From assembly GCA_048883045.1 (NCBI GenBank), contig JBHLRA010000001.1:19841-83840 (forward strand): a DNA stretch of 64,000 bases, given 5' to 3'. The notes under the pieces were generated by a model. That model did not search any database and was not told the DNA's origin. It worked only from the letters and a program-made list of their open reading frames with translations. The position numbers and the translations under genes were made by a program. Of the stretch, positions 44,116 to 52,498 are shown piece by piece. Each line of letters begins with the position of its first letter. The stretch's first letter is position 1. Origin of the DNA: Candidatus Thorarchaeota archaeon (lineage in GTDB: Archaea; Asgardarchaeota; Lokiarchaeia; Sigyniarchaeales; SOKP01).

Positions 44116-44739
44116 ATGGTAAAAAGCGAAAATATTGAATGGGCAACTGACGAAAAATTTAAAAATATTTGGAAAGGCCAAGAAGGTCTTATAATAGGCC
44201 GTGGAGCGGGCCGGGATTATGCTCGCAAAAAGGCTTTGGATGCCTTTGATGGCAAAGTTATAGGCTGTAATGCTGCTTTTAATACCCGATTTTGTGATGC
44301 TATAGTGCTGATGGATGAAAAAGTGTTTATGAATAATAAAGAGGATTACCGGAAATTGGCAAATCAGGGTTCTTATATTTTCGTTATAAATCCTATCTAT
44401 CCTCTATATGGCGTCGAAATAGTGGGCTTAGAGGCCAGAAAACCTGCAAGGTGCTCAAATAGCTTTGATACAGGATTTTACCCTTGCCGACTAAGTGGTT
44501 ATATAGCTGTGAATGTGGCTATATTGATGGGTCTTAATCCTATCTATTTGTATGGATTTACTCCTTCTAAGGCTATTGATGAAAAGGTTGTTGAGAGGAG
44601 TTTTGATTTTGATCCTATAGCAGATTATTGCTATAATAACGGAATCAAAATATATACCACTAACCGAGATCCAATTATGGAACTTTATTTTGAATATAAA
44701 TCATTAAGTAAAAGGAGGTGTGATGAAAATCTATCATAA
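44116..44739 (+). CDS. DUF115/MAF_flag10 (MptE-like)-type putative glycosyltransferase
   Basis: GLIIGRGAGRDY...FDGKVIGCNAAFNTRFCDAIVLMDEK resembles the Maf/DUF115 Rossmann core. By eye only. Confidence 0.4.
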   Translation: MVKSENIEWATDEKFKNIWKGQEGLIIGRGAGRDYARKKALDAFDGKVIGCNAAFNTRFCDAIVLMDEKVFMNNKEDYRKLANQGSYIFVINPIYPLYGVEIVGLEARKPARCSNSFDTGFYPCRLSGYIAVNVAILMGLNPIYLYGFTPSKAIDEKVVERSFDFDPIADYCYNNGIKIYTTNRDPIMELYFEYKSLSKRRCDENLS

Positions 44740-45169
44740 AATCTGGAATAGACATCCTCCTGATGATTCTATATTACCTGGAGATGGGAATGTAATCCAT
44801 CACATAGATTTTGATCATTATAATGATGATCCTGACAATTTACAGAAAATGACAAGAGCAGAACATAATGTTGTTCATTTTAAAGATAGGCCCGCTCCAA
44901 AAATAGCAAAACTTAAAACTGGATTAAGACTGTCTTATGAGACTAGAATGAAACAAAGTAGAATAATGAAAGAAAAATATAGCAATGGAAATCATCCTTT
45001 ATGTGGAATAAAAAGAGATGATATAATTGGCGATAACAATCCAATGGCTGATCCAATTATAAGAGAGAAGCAGAGAATAAATATAGGAAAGGCTCAAAGG
45101 AAAAGAAGGTTAAAAGAAAAAATCAGCAAAATGAATCTACTTTTAATCTTTGGTAACTTATTGAATTAA
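44723..45169 (+). CDS. HNH homing endonuclease
   Basis: YHKIWNRHPPDDSILPGDGNVIHHIDFDHYNDDPDNLQKMTRAEHNVVH; NUMOD-like GNHPLCG/DNNPMAD. Overlaps the upstream gene by about 17-20 nt. Confidence 0.85.
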   Translation: MKIYHKIWNRHPPDDSILPGDGNVIHHIDFDHYNDDPDNLQKMTRAEHNVVHFKDRPAPKIAKLKTGLRLSYETRMKQSRIMKEKYSNGNHPLCGIKRDDIIGDNNPMADPIIREKQRINIGKAQRKRRLKEKISKMNLLLIFGNLLN

Positions 45170-45184
45170 AGGAGGTAATTAGCT

Positions 45185-46135
45185 TTGTCATGGTTAAAAG
45201 GATACAAAACCCAGATGCTTCTGGATTGGGAGGATACTTATGGAGATGATCCAAGTGCTGCTTCAGCTTATAAAGTCCCTTTTAATACAGAGGATCTGAC
45301 TCAGAATCAGCCAAATCAGCACGCTGCTACGATTAGGAATAATCGGAATCCAACTAAGCCTTTTAGAGGCAATAAGGATGCTGCTGGAACTATTGTTGTG
45401 CCTGCTGATTTAAGGGCTTTAGGACTTTGGTTGAAAGGGGCTTTCGGATCTCCCACAACCACTGGGTCAGCTGATCCTTATACTCACACTTATAAAATAG
45501 GAGATAGCGTGCCTAGTTTCTTGTTAGATATAGGCCATACAGATGGGACTCTCTATTATAAGTATAATGGGTGTAAAGTTAATACTTTTGGAATGACTGT
45601 TGGAGGAGACGGGGAGCTTGTGGCTAATGTTGGGGTTATAGCTGCCAAGGAGACTAAAGGAGTTTCGGCCTATGATGGTTCTCCAACGGATTATTCTAGT
45701 GTGACTACGAGGTTTGAAAACTTTGAGGCTTCGGCTTCTGAGGGTGGGTCCAGTATAGCGTATTTGACTGAGTTTGCTTTTGAACTCAACAATGGTCTTG
45801 TACCGGCCTATTGTATAGGTGATGCAGGGACTAAGAGTGATTTAAGTGGAAATTTGGTTGTTGTGACTGGATCTATTACTGGATTGTTCCAAGATGATGC
45901 TCTATTGGTTAAAGGAAGAAATGCAACAGAAACCTCTTTGCAAATTGTTGTAACAGATGGTTCTTATAGTATAACATTTAACATGGATGAACTTGTTTTG
46001 GACCCAACCACGCCTCCAGTTCCAGGACCTGAAGGCTTAATGTTAAACCTTAATTATGAGGCCTATTATGATAATGGGTCAGATGCTTCGGCTTTAAAAG
46101 CCATACTAGTCACCAGTGTAGCATCTTATGCTTAA
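45185..46135 (+). CDS. major tail (tail tube) protein
   Basis: 316 aa, TTG start 9 nt after AGGAGG; located immediately before the chaperone/frameshift/tape-measure trio. Confidence 0.7.
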   Translation: MSWLKGYKTQMLLDWEDTYGDDPSAASAYKVPFNTEDLTQNQPNQHAATIRNNRNPTKPFRGNKDAAGTIVVPADLRALGLWLKGAFGSPTTTGSADPYTHTYKIGDSVPSFLLDIGHTDGTLYYKYNGCKVNTFGMTVGGDGELVANVGVIAAKETKGVSAYDGSPTDYSSVTTRFENFEASASEGGSSIAYLTEFAFELNNGLVPAYCIGDAGTKSDLSGNLVVVTGSITGLFQDDALLVKGRNATETSLQIVVTDGSYSITFNMDELVLDPTTPPVPGPEGLMLNLNYEAYYDNGSDASALKAILVTSVASYA

Positions 46136-46251
46136 TAGTATAGATATTTATTATTTAATATCTATATTGATCTAGTGAGTAAAGAGTAATATTGATGAGA
46201 TGAAAAATTTATTCGCTAGAATTTAATTTTATTGCTCATAAAGGGGAGAAA

Positions 46252-46662
46252 ATGTCTGAATTTAATGGATTAACTATTGATTTAGAAAGCAATGAAGTAG
46301 TAATTGATGGTTATAATAGTGCTTTCGAGAATACGCCTTATGCGGGGAAGGATTTTGAAATCATAGTGGAACCGGTTACTCATAGAGAGTATGACCGGAT
46401 AAAAAAGAAATTCACCAATCGCAAAAACAACACTGATGAGGTTAAGCTGGAAAGAGAGCTTTTCATGAAGCAGGTTAAGGGTTGGAAAGGGATCAAAACC
46501 CCGGATGGAAAAGACCTTGAATGCACTGATGAAGTAAAGGAGATTATTGTTGAAAAAATATTCTTCTTCACCAGAGCTGTCAATATTGCCTGCTTAAATG
46601 CTAGGGCAGAAATAAGTGAGGAAGAGGAAAAAAACTTAGGCGAATCTGGGAATGGCGTATAA
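46252..46662 (+). CDS. tail assembly chaperone (gpG-like, zero-frame product)
   Basis: 136 aa, acidic C-terminus, position. Confidence 0.7.
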   Translation: MSEFNGLTIDLESNEVVIDGYNSAFENTPYAGKDFEIIVEPVTHREYDRIKKKFTNRKNNTDEVKLERELFMKQVKGWKGIKTPDGKDLECTDEVKEIIVEKIFFFTRAVNIACLNARAEISEEEEKNLGESGNGV

Positions 46663-47039
46663 GCTCTAAACCGGAATATTGCAAAGCTTGCCGGAGTAAA
46701 GCTGAAAAAAGAGATGAATTCCTAGATTGTCTAGAATGTGAATTTTGTATACCTGATCCTTTGCCAGGGAATAGGCTTTTTATAGTAATAATAAGTGATT
46801 GTATTTTTGGGAGGGATATAAATGGGCGATTAGACCTGAATGTGTTTTTAAAAGTTGTTGATATTTATAGTGAAGTGATGAACCTTGATGCTCGTGATAA
46901 GTTAGATCTTTTGCGAAAGGCCCGGATTATCTCTAGCATCGAGGAAGAAAAGAAGGATAAAACACCTCTTGGTGGGAGCAATAAAGCCCCTAATAGAGGC
47001 GCTAATAAACGAATCAAAACTTTGAAAGGGAAAAGATAA
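46252..47039 (+). CDS. tail assembly chaperone -1 frameshift product (gpGT-like)
   Basis: The -1 frame opens right after a TGA at 46617-46619 and stays open to 47039. The extension contains CKAC...CLECEFC. Confidence 0.6.
46629..46635 (+). promoter_or_regulatory. -1 programmed frameshift slippery heptamer A_AAA_AAC
   Basis: Zero frame reads gaA AAA AAC; canonical X_XXY_YYZ, 9 codons before the zero-frame stop. Confidence 0.6.
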
Positions 47040-47042
47040 TAG

Positions 47043-50000
47043 ATGCCTACTCCTCTTGTATTAAAAATCGAAGTTGACGACCGGGGAAGTGTAAAAGTTG
47101 ATAAAGTCGTTGGCTCTTTTGATAGATTAAAAGATGCCACCAAAAAGGCCGATGGAAAGGTTAAGGACTTTTCACACACAATGGGTACAGTTAGGGGAGT
47201 TTTAGGCGGAGTAACAAAGGCTGTTTTCTCTTTAAAAGGCGCTCTAGCTGCTTTAGGATTAGGCTATCTAGCCAAAAGTGCAATTGGGGTAGCTGCTAGA
47301 TTTGAACAAGTTCAGGTTGCTTTAGATACTATAACTAAAGGTAAGGGTGTTGAGACATTTAAGGCATTAAATCTTTGGGCTTTAAGGATGCCGGTTAATA
47401 CTGAAAGAGCTATCGAAGCCTTTCAAATGATGATTGCTATGGGTCTGAAACCTTCTATTAAAGATATGACCACTTTAGTTGATACTATGGCTGCATTAGG
47501 TGGAAGTGAAGACATCATGACTAGCATCGCTTTGGCTTTGGGCAAGATACAGGCTAAAGGCGGAGCTACTGCTAGGGAATTATTGATGCTTACTAGGCGA
47601 GGTATTCCTGCTGTTCAAATATTAAGAGAGGAACTTAAGGATACTTCTATAGGCTTTGAAAATATAGCTACGTCCTCTTATAATGCAAATCAGATTATTA
47701 CTGCTTTATTGACTGGATTGGAGAAAAGATATGGCGGATTATCTGAAAGAATACACCATATTTGGGTAGGATTAATGGAAACCATTGTAAGTGAATACAA
47801 AGAGTTTGTGAGGGTTGTCTTTGCCTCTGGTGTAATGGAATATCTTGAATCAAAAATACAAAAATTTATAGACCAAATAGATATTTGGAGAGCTTCTGGT
47901 CAATTAGATGTATGGGCAAAGAATGTTGCTAATGTTCTTATAGGGGCTTTTCAGAAGATAGAAAGGGCTATTGTTTGGGTAATAGACCATATAGATGATC
48001 TAAAAAAGGCCTTTAAACTCTTACTTATCCCGGTTAAAGCTTTTATAGCTTTTAAACTAGCTGCTATTTTGACAGAAATAGGTGATGGGGCTGTATTTGC
48101 TGTCAAAAAAATAATTCATTTAAGGTCTTCAATGGAATTATTAAATACAAAAATGTCTAAATTATCGCCTGGCACTAAAGGTGGGTTAATAGGTCTTGCT
48201 TTGTTTGGAGGTTGGGAGATAGGAAAATGGTTGAATCAATTCAATATAGTTAAAAAATGGGGTATAGCACTTGCTGCTGGCTTACATAAGACTTTTCTAT
48301 GGTTAGAAAAATCATTAAAAGGAACTTGGGATTTAATAAAATTTGCATTTGATAAAATGGTTCAAGGAATAGAAAAAACTTTAAATGCTTTGCCAGAATC
48401 TATTCAATTTGTTCTTAATTCTATTATAGATGGAATAAATAAATTATTAGATTCTATGAGTAAATTACCAATAATAGGTAAAAAAATACAAGGGGCAAAA
48501 CTTGGTAAAATAGAATTCGGAACAATAAAATTAAAAGAAGATTATATGACCTTTGAAGAAGTTTTACAAAATTTACTTAAATATGAATCTGATTATGAAA
48601 AGGCCCTTAAGGATGCTAAAAAAATATGGCAAGAAATGTTTGATGAAGTAGGCAAAGTTGAAGAATCTACTAATGAAATTGTTCAGACAGCAAAAGAAGT
48701 TCCTAAGGTTGAGTTGCCTGATTTAGGCGGAGAAGCAGAAATAGAAATAACAGAAATGATGGCTGCTTGGAATAAATTATGGGAAGATATGAACGAAGGA
48801 TTTGTACAAGGATTTGCTGATATGTTGTCAGGCAATATTAGAAAATTTAGTGATTTTATGAAGAGCCTTAAAAATATTTTCATCCAAGGAATTGCTAAAA
48901 TGGCTAGTGAACAATTTATTAGACCTATTATAGAACCAATAACTGGGCTTTTAAAAAATACATTTTCAGGAATATTTGGTGGCATATTTGGAGGAAAAGA
49001 TGGTAAATCTATTTTCGGAGAAGGCTTGTTGGGTGGAATGACTGGCGCTGTTGCTTTAGGTGGAATAGGCACTATGATTTCTAATTTTGTAGATAGATTC
49101 ACCAGAGAGAAACCAAGTATAGAGCTTAAATGGTCTATAGATAAAGATGAATTCCAGCAAATAGCCGATTCTTGGAAAGGAGGAGCAGAGAAAAATGAAG
49201 CTTTGATAGGGACTGTAAATGATACTATAGGTAATTTAGTAAAAATGTATTCTAAGATGTCAAATTTCGTTAATATAGATATGGCTAAGATGGAAATAAC
49301 TATGAATAATATTTATAAAATATCTAGAGACATGGCATCAATCCCTTATCAATTTGCTGCAGCCAATATAGATATTTTAGAAAAAATGTTTGGTGAAGCA
49401 GTTGCGACTGATTTGATGAGTCAAATAGAAGAAGTTCAAGCAGAAATAAAAAGAGTGCAAGAAGAAGGATTCAGACTCGCAGGCATCGCTGGTGCATTTG
49501 GCGGTAAAAATATTGCAATCGCTACTATATTTGGAACTAGAAAAAATGTTGAAGAATTAGAAGATGAATTGAAAATTTTATATGATGCTTTAAGTGGGAA
49601 TATAGAGGAATTATTTAATAAATTTGAATCATTTTTTGAAGAATTTTCTGATATAATAGGGAAATCTTTTTTAGAATCTTTAGAAACTAAAGAATTTCAA
49701 TCTTTTAAAGATGGATTAAGAAAAGGTATTTATGATTCTTTTAGGACAGCTTTATTAATTGAATTCCAAAAACAAACTTTAGAACAAATTATGCCTAATT
49801 TATGGCAATCTTTTGGTATTACTGGCTGGGGAGATGTGGTTAATATGGCTATGCAAGGCGATTCTTCACAGGCCTTAGCTATGATAGAAACGATGACTGC
49901 CGCTATTGATCAAATAGAACCCGCCTTCAATATTTTAACAGATGTAATAATCCAAATGGAAAATGCATTGAATCTGAATACTGAAGCGATTGTTTCGAAC

Positions 50001-50441
50001 AATAATTTATTGGAAAAACAGCAAATGGTTGAAGATTTTATTTCTGAATTAACGACCGGAGGCTTAGCTCCTGTTCAAAGCTATGAGGCTATTATGGGGC
50101 GTTATCAAGATCTTTTGGCCAGCGATAATTTACAAGAGCTTTTTAATTTTGTAACTGGAACTGCTTTGCCTTTCCTCCAAACTTATGGCGGTAATTATCA
50201 AGAGGCTTTTTCTGGAGTAATTGAGGATTTAAGGAATTTAAGCGGCTTGTATGGAGCCAATATAAGTCCTTCAGCTATTGGGGAAGCTGTGGCTGGTGCT
50301 ATAATGCCAGCTTTACAAGGTGGGTCTCAGACTATTCATGTTACAGTTGAAGTAGATGGGCGGGAAATAGGAGAAATTTTATTGGATCAGCTTCAAACTA
50401 ATCCTCAGCTAGTCCAGGAAATTAAAGAAATAGCGCAATAA
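47043..50441 (+). CDS. tape measure protein
   Basis: 1132 aa, helical, Gly-rich hydrophobic segments (FSGIFGGIFGG), position. Confidence 0.9.
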   Translation: MPTPLVLKIEVDDRGSVKVDKVVGSFDRLKDATKKADGKVKDFSHTMGTVRGVLGGVTKAVFSLKGALAALGLGYLAKSAIGVAARFEQVQVALDTITKGKGVETFKALNLWALRMPVNTERAIEAFQMMIAMGLKPSIKDMTTLVDTMAALGGSEDIMTSIALALGKIQAKGGATARELLMLTRRGIPAVQILREELKDTSIGFENIATSSYNANQIITALLTGLEKRYGGLSERIHHIWVGLMETIVSEYKEFVRVVFASGVMEYLESKIQKFIDQIDIWRASGQLDVWAKNVANVLIGAFQKIERAIVWVIDHIDDLKKAFKLLLIPVKAFIAFKLAAILTEIGDGAVFAVKKIIHLRSSMELLNTKMSKLSPGTKGGLIGLALFGGWEIGKWLNQFNIVKKWGIALAAGLHKTFLWLEKSLKGTWDLIKFAFDKMVQGIEKTLNALPESIQFVLNSIIDGINKLLDSMSKLPIIGKKIQGAKLGKIEFGTIKLKEDYMTFEEVLQNLLKYESDYEKALKDAKKIWQEMFDEVGKVEESTNEIVQTAKEVPKVELPDLGGEAEIEITEMMAAWNKLWEDMNEGFVQGFADMLSGNIRKFSDFMKSLKNIFIQGIAKMASEQFIRPIIEPITGLLKNTFSGIFGGIFGGKDGKSIFGEGLLGGMTGAVALGGIGTMISNFVDRFTREKPSIELKWSIDKDEFQQIADSWKGGAEKNEALIGTVNDTIGNLVKMYSKMSNFVNIDMAKMEITMNNIYKISRDMASIPYQFAAANIDILEKMFGEAVATDLMSQIEEVQAEIKRVQEEGFRLAGIAGAFGGKNIAIATIFGTRKNVEELEDELKILYDALSGNIEELFNKFESFFEEFSDIIGKSFLESLETKEFQSFKDGLRKGIYDSFRTALLIEFQKQTLEQIMPNLWQSFGITGWGDVVNMAMQGDSSQALAMIETMTAAIDQIEPAFNILTDVIIQMENALNLNTEAIVSNNNLLEKQQMVEDFISELTTGGLAPVQSYEAIMGRYQDLLASDNLQELFNFVTGTALPFLQTYGGNYQEAFSGVIEDLRNLSGLYGANISPSAIGEAVAGAIMPALQGGSQTIHVTVEVDGREIGEILLDQLQTNPQLVQEIKEIAQ

Positions 50442-50591
50442 TGATCAGAAAGATAAAATATGTGCAAATTCAAAATCCAAAAAGCAAGAATTGAGTTAAA
50501 ATAGATAAAGATGAGGCATCATCTTGGGATATAAAGAAAAACTTTGGAAAAATATTAAAAAAAATAATTAGATAAGAAAAAGGGGGATTAA

Positions 50592-50996
50592 ATGGCAATC
50601 AAAGAGCTTTATGATTATTTGCCTACTGTTTCAGCTGATGTTGATCAAACTTTGAGTATAAATCCCCAATCCGTCCTTACCGAAATTATAACTAAAAATG
50701 ATCAAGTTCAAGAGGGCGACGATAGAAGCGAAGAGAGAGCAGAATTTACAGGAGATTTTATTGCTTATATTGTCATTAGATATGATATTCTTGATGATGA
50801 AGATTCCGGGACTACTATTGATTTTTTTTACAATTCTTCTAAGGGAAATGGTCTTATAAACTCTTTCAAATTTGCCCATCCCGATAATCATACCTATGTA
50901 GTTCGATTTGATACCGATATGACTAGGCTAATGAATCCAACAAATTATAGTAATAAAAATATAAGATTAAAAGTATTAGGAAGGATAGCCGATTAA
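50592..50996 (+). CDS. distal-tail (DUF2460/GTA g12-like) domain protein, short paralog
   Basis: FKFAHPDNHTYVVRFDTDMTRL resembles the VRFDTD end of DUF2460. Paralogous to the C-terminus of the next gene. Confidence 0.45.
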   Translation: MAIKELYDYLPTVSADVDQTLSINPQSVLTEIITKNDQVQEGDDRSEERAEFTGDFIAYIVIRYDILDDEDSGTTIDFFYNSSKGNGLINSFKFAHPDNHTYVVRFDTDMTRLMNPTNYSNKNIRLKVLGRIAD

Positions 50997-52498
50997 TGGC
51001 CGTAACTAAAACTTTAATTTGGAATAATAATATAAGTTTTCATGGACATAGGAAACATTTTGGAGTAACTAGCGGAGGCCGTTTATGGTCAGTCGCTTAT
51101 GTGAGTAATATTATTAAAGCTAAATATTCTGATGATGATGGATCAAATTGGAGTTCAGAAGAAACCGTTCATTTAGCTAATATTGGATTCCCTGCTATAT
51201 TTATAGATGGAAATGATGCTTTACATGTTGTGGGTTCTAATGGAAATTATGTATCTTCTCCTAGATGGAGAAGAAGGAATGGTTCATGGTTAGATGTTGA
51301 AACTATAAAATATGATGTCATGGCTTATAACAATTATGGTGATATAGTTGTTACTCAAGGACATCAACCATTTTGTTTTTGGGCTGATGTTGATGTTCCC
51401 GGCGATCGTATATGTAAATTAGAAAGATCAGGTGATTCTTGGCAAGCAGAAGTTACAACATCTTTTACAAGTGGTTTTACATGTTGGGGAGTATGTGCTT
51501 GTATAGATGATTTTGATTTAATGCATATAATTTGGTTAGAAGTTGAAAAAGTTGATACAAATCATAGAAAAGTAATGCACGCAACTTTTAATGGTTCTTC
51601 TTTCTCTTCCATTACAACTTTAGATGAAGTAACTAATGGTTCTTTACAAGAGCCTATAATAAGATATGTTGAAAGTGGTAAATGTTGGGCTATGTGGGCC
51701 AGGGATGGAGTTGGGGATGAGACTTCTTATGATCAAGTAAGATATAGAATATATGTAAATGGAATTGGTTGGTCTGGCGGAGTGCAAAATTTAACAAATA
51801 ATGCTAGAAATCATCAAGGTTATGATGTTATTTATTGTAATGGTTTTGTTACAGCTGTTTATGGGGAATATGGATCTTATGCAAGCGCTCCAACTAAATA
51901 TAATTTAGTATATAAAGCTTATAATACCTCTATTTCTGAATGGGGGGATGCAACCCAAGTAACGGAAGAATCAGATGATATTGTAGCTCCTAATTGTACT
52001 ATAATAGGAAATAATCTTCATCTTAGTTTCTGGTTAGATAATGGAGCGAATTATGATATTTATCATGGAACTTTTGTCCCTATCGGTCCAGTTCAAGAAA
52101 AAGAAATTTATGATTATTTGTCTACTGTTTCAGCTGATGTTGATGTTACTTTATCTTTAGATCCTCAAGTTGTTATTCAGGAAGTTGGTGGAAAAGGAGA
52201 TATTGTCCATTTGGCAGATGATGAATCAGAAGAAAGGGTTGGATATAGTTCGGATTTCAAATTTTATATAATTATAAGATATGATTTATTAGATGAATCT
52301 GATGCCGGAACTTTATTGGATATTTGGGCGGATTCTAGCAAAGCTAATGGAAGGGTGAATAGTTTCAAATTTGCTCATCCCGATAATCACACCTATGTAG
52401 TTCGATTTGATACCGATATGACCCGGTTAATGTCTCCAACTTATTATACGATAAAAAATATCAGATTGAAAGTTTTAGGAAGGATAGCTGATTCATAA
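50996..52498 (+). CDS. tail protein: BNR/Asp-box propeller-like N-domain + Dit-like C-domain
   Basis: YSDDDGSNWSSE is an Asp-box (S-x-D-x-G-x-x-W). C-terminal 132 aa are paralogous to 50592-50996. Confidence 0.5.
   Translation: MAVTKTLIWNNNISFHGHRKHFGVTSGGRLWSVAYVSNIIKAKYSDDDGSNWSSEETVHLANIGFPAIFIDGNDALHVVGSNGNYVSSPRWRRRNGSWLDVETIKYDVMAYNNYGDIVVTQGHQPFCFWADVDVPGDRICKLERSGDSWQAEVTTSFTSGFTCWGVCACIDDFDLMHIIWLEVEKVDTNHRKVMHATFNGSSFSSITTLDEVTNGSLQEPIIRYVESGKCWAMWARDGVGDETSYDQVRYRIYVNGIGWSGGVQNLTNNARNHQGYDVIYCNGFVTAVYGEYGSYASAPTKYNLVYKAYNTSISEWGDATQVTEESDDIVAPNCTIIGNNLHLSFWLDNGANYDIYHGTFVPIGPVQEKEIYDYLSTVSADVDVTLSLDPQVVIQEVGGKGDIVHLADDESEERVGYSSDFKFYIIIRYDLLDESDAGTLLDIWADSSKANGRVNSFKFAHPDNHTYVVRFDTDMTRLMSPTYYTIKNIRLKVLGRIADS

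Noticed and set aside
48683-49102. 139-aa - strand ORF inside the tape measure gene. Similar antisense or alternate-frame ORFs include 571-789, 2188-2970, 35178-35390, 37397-37600, 53205-53396, 55522-55854 and 61919-62227
   Set aside because: All lie inside longer, motif-supported genes on the opposite strand or in another frame. None has a ribosome-binding site or recognisable motifs.
50592-52498. Diversity-generating retroelement (template/variable repeat pair) as the explanation for the duplicated Dit-like domain
   Set aside because: There is no reverse transcriptase gene in the window. Mismatches between the copies are not confined to adenine positions (C/T, T/C and G/A changes are seen), and divergence extends over whole codons.
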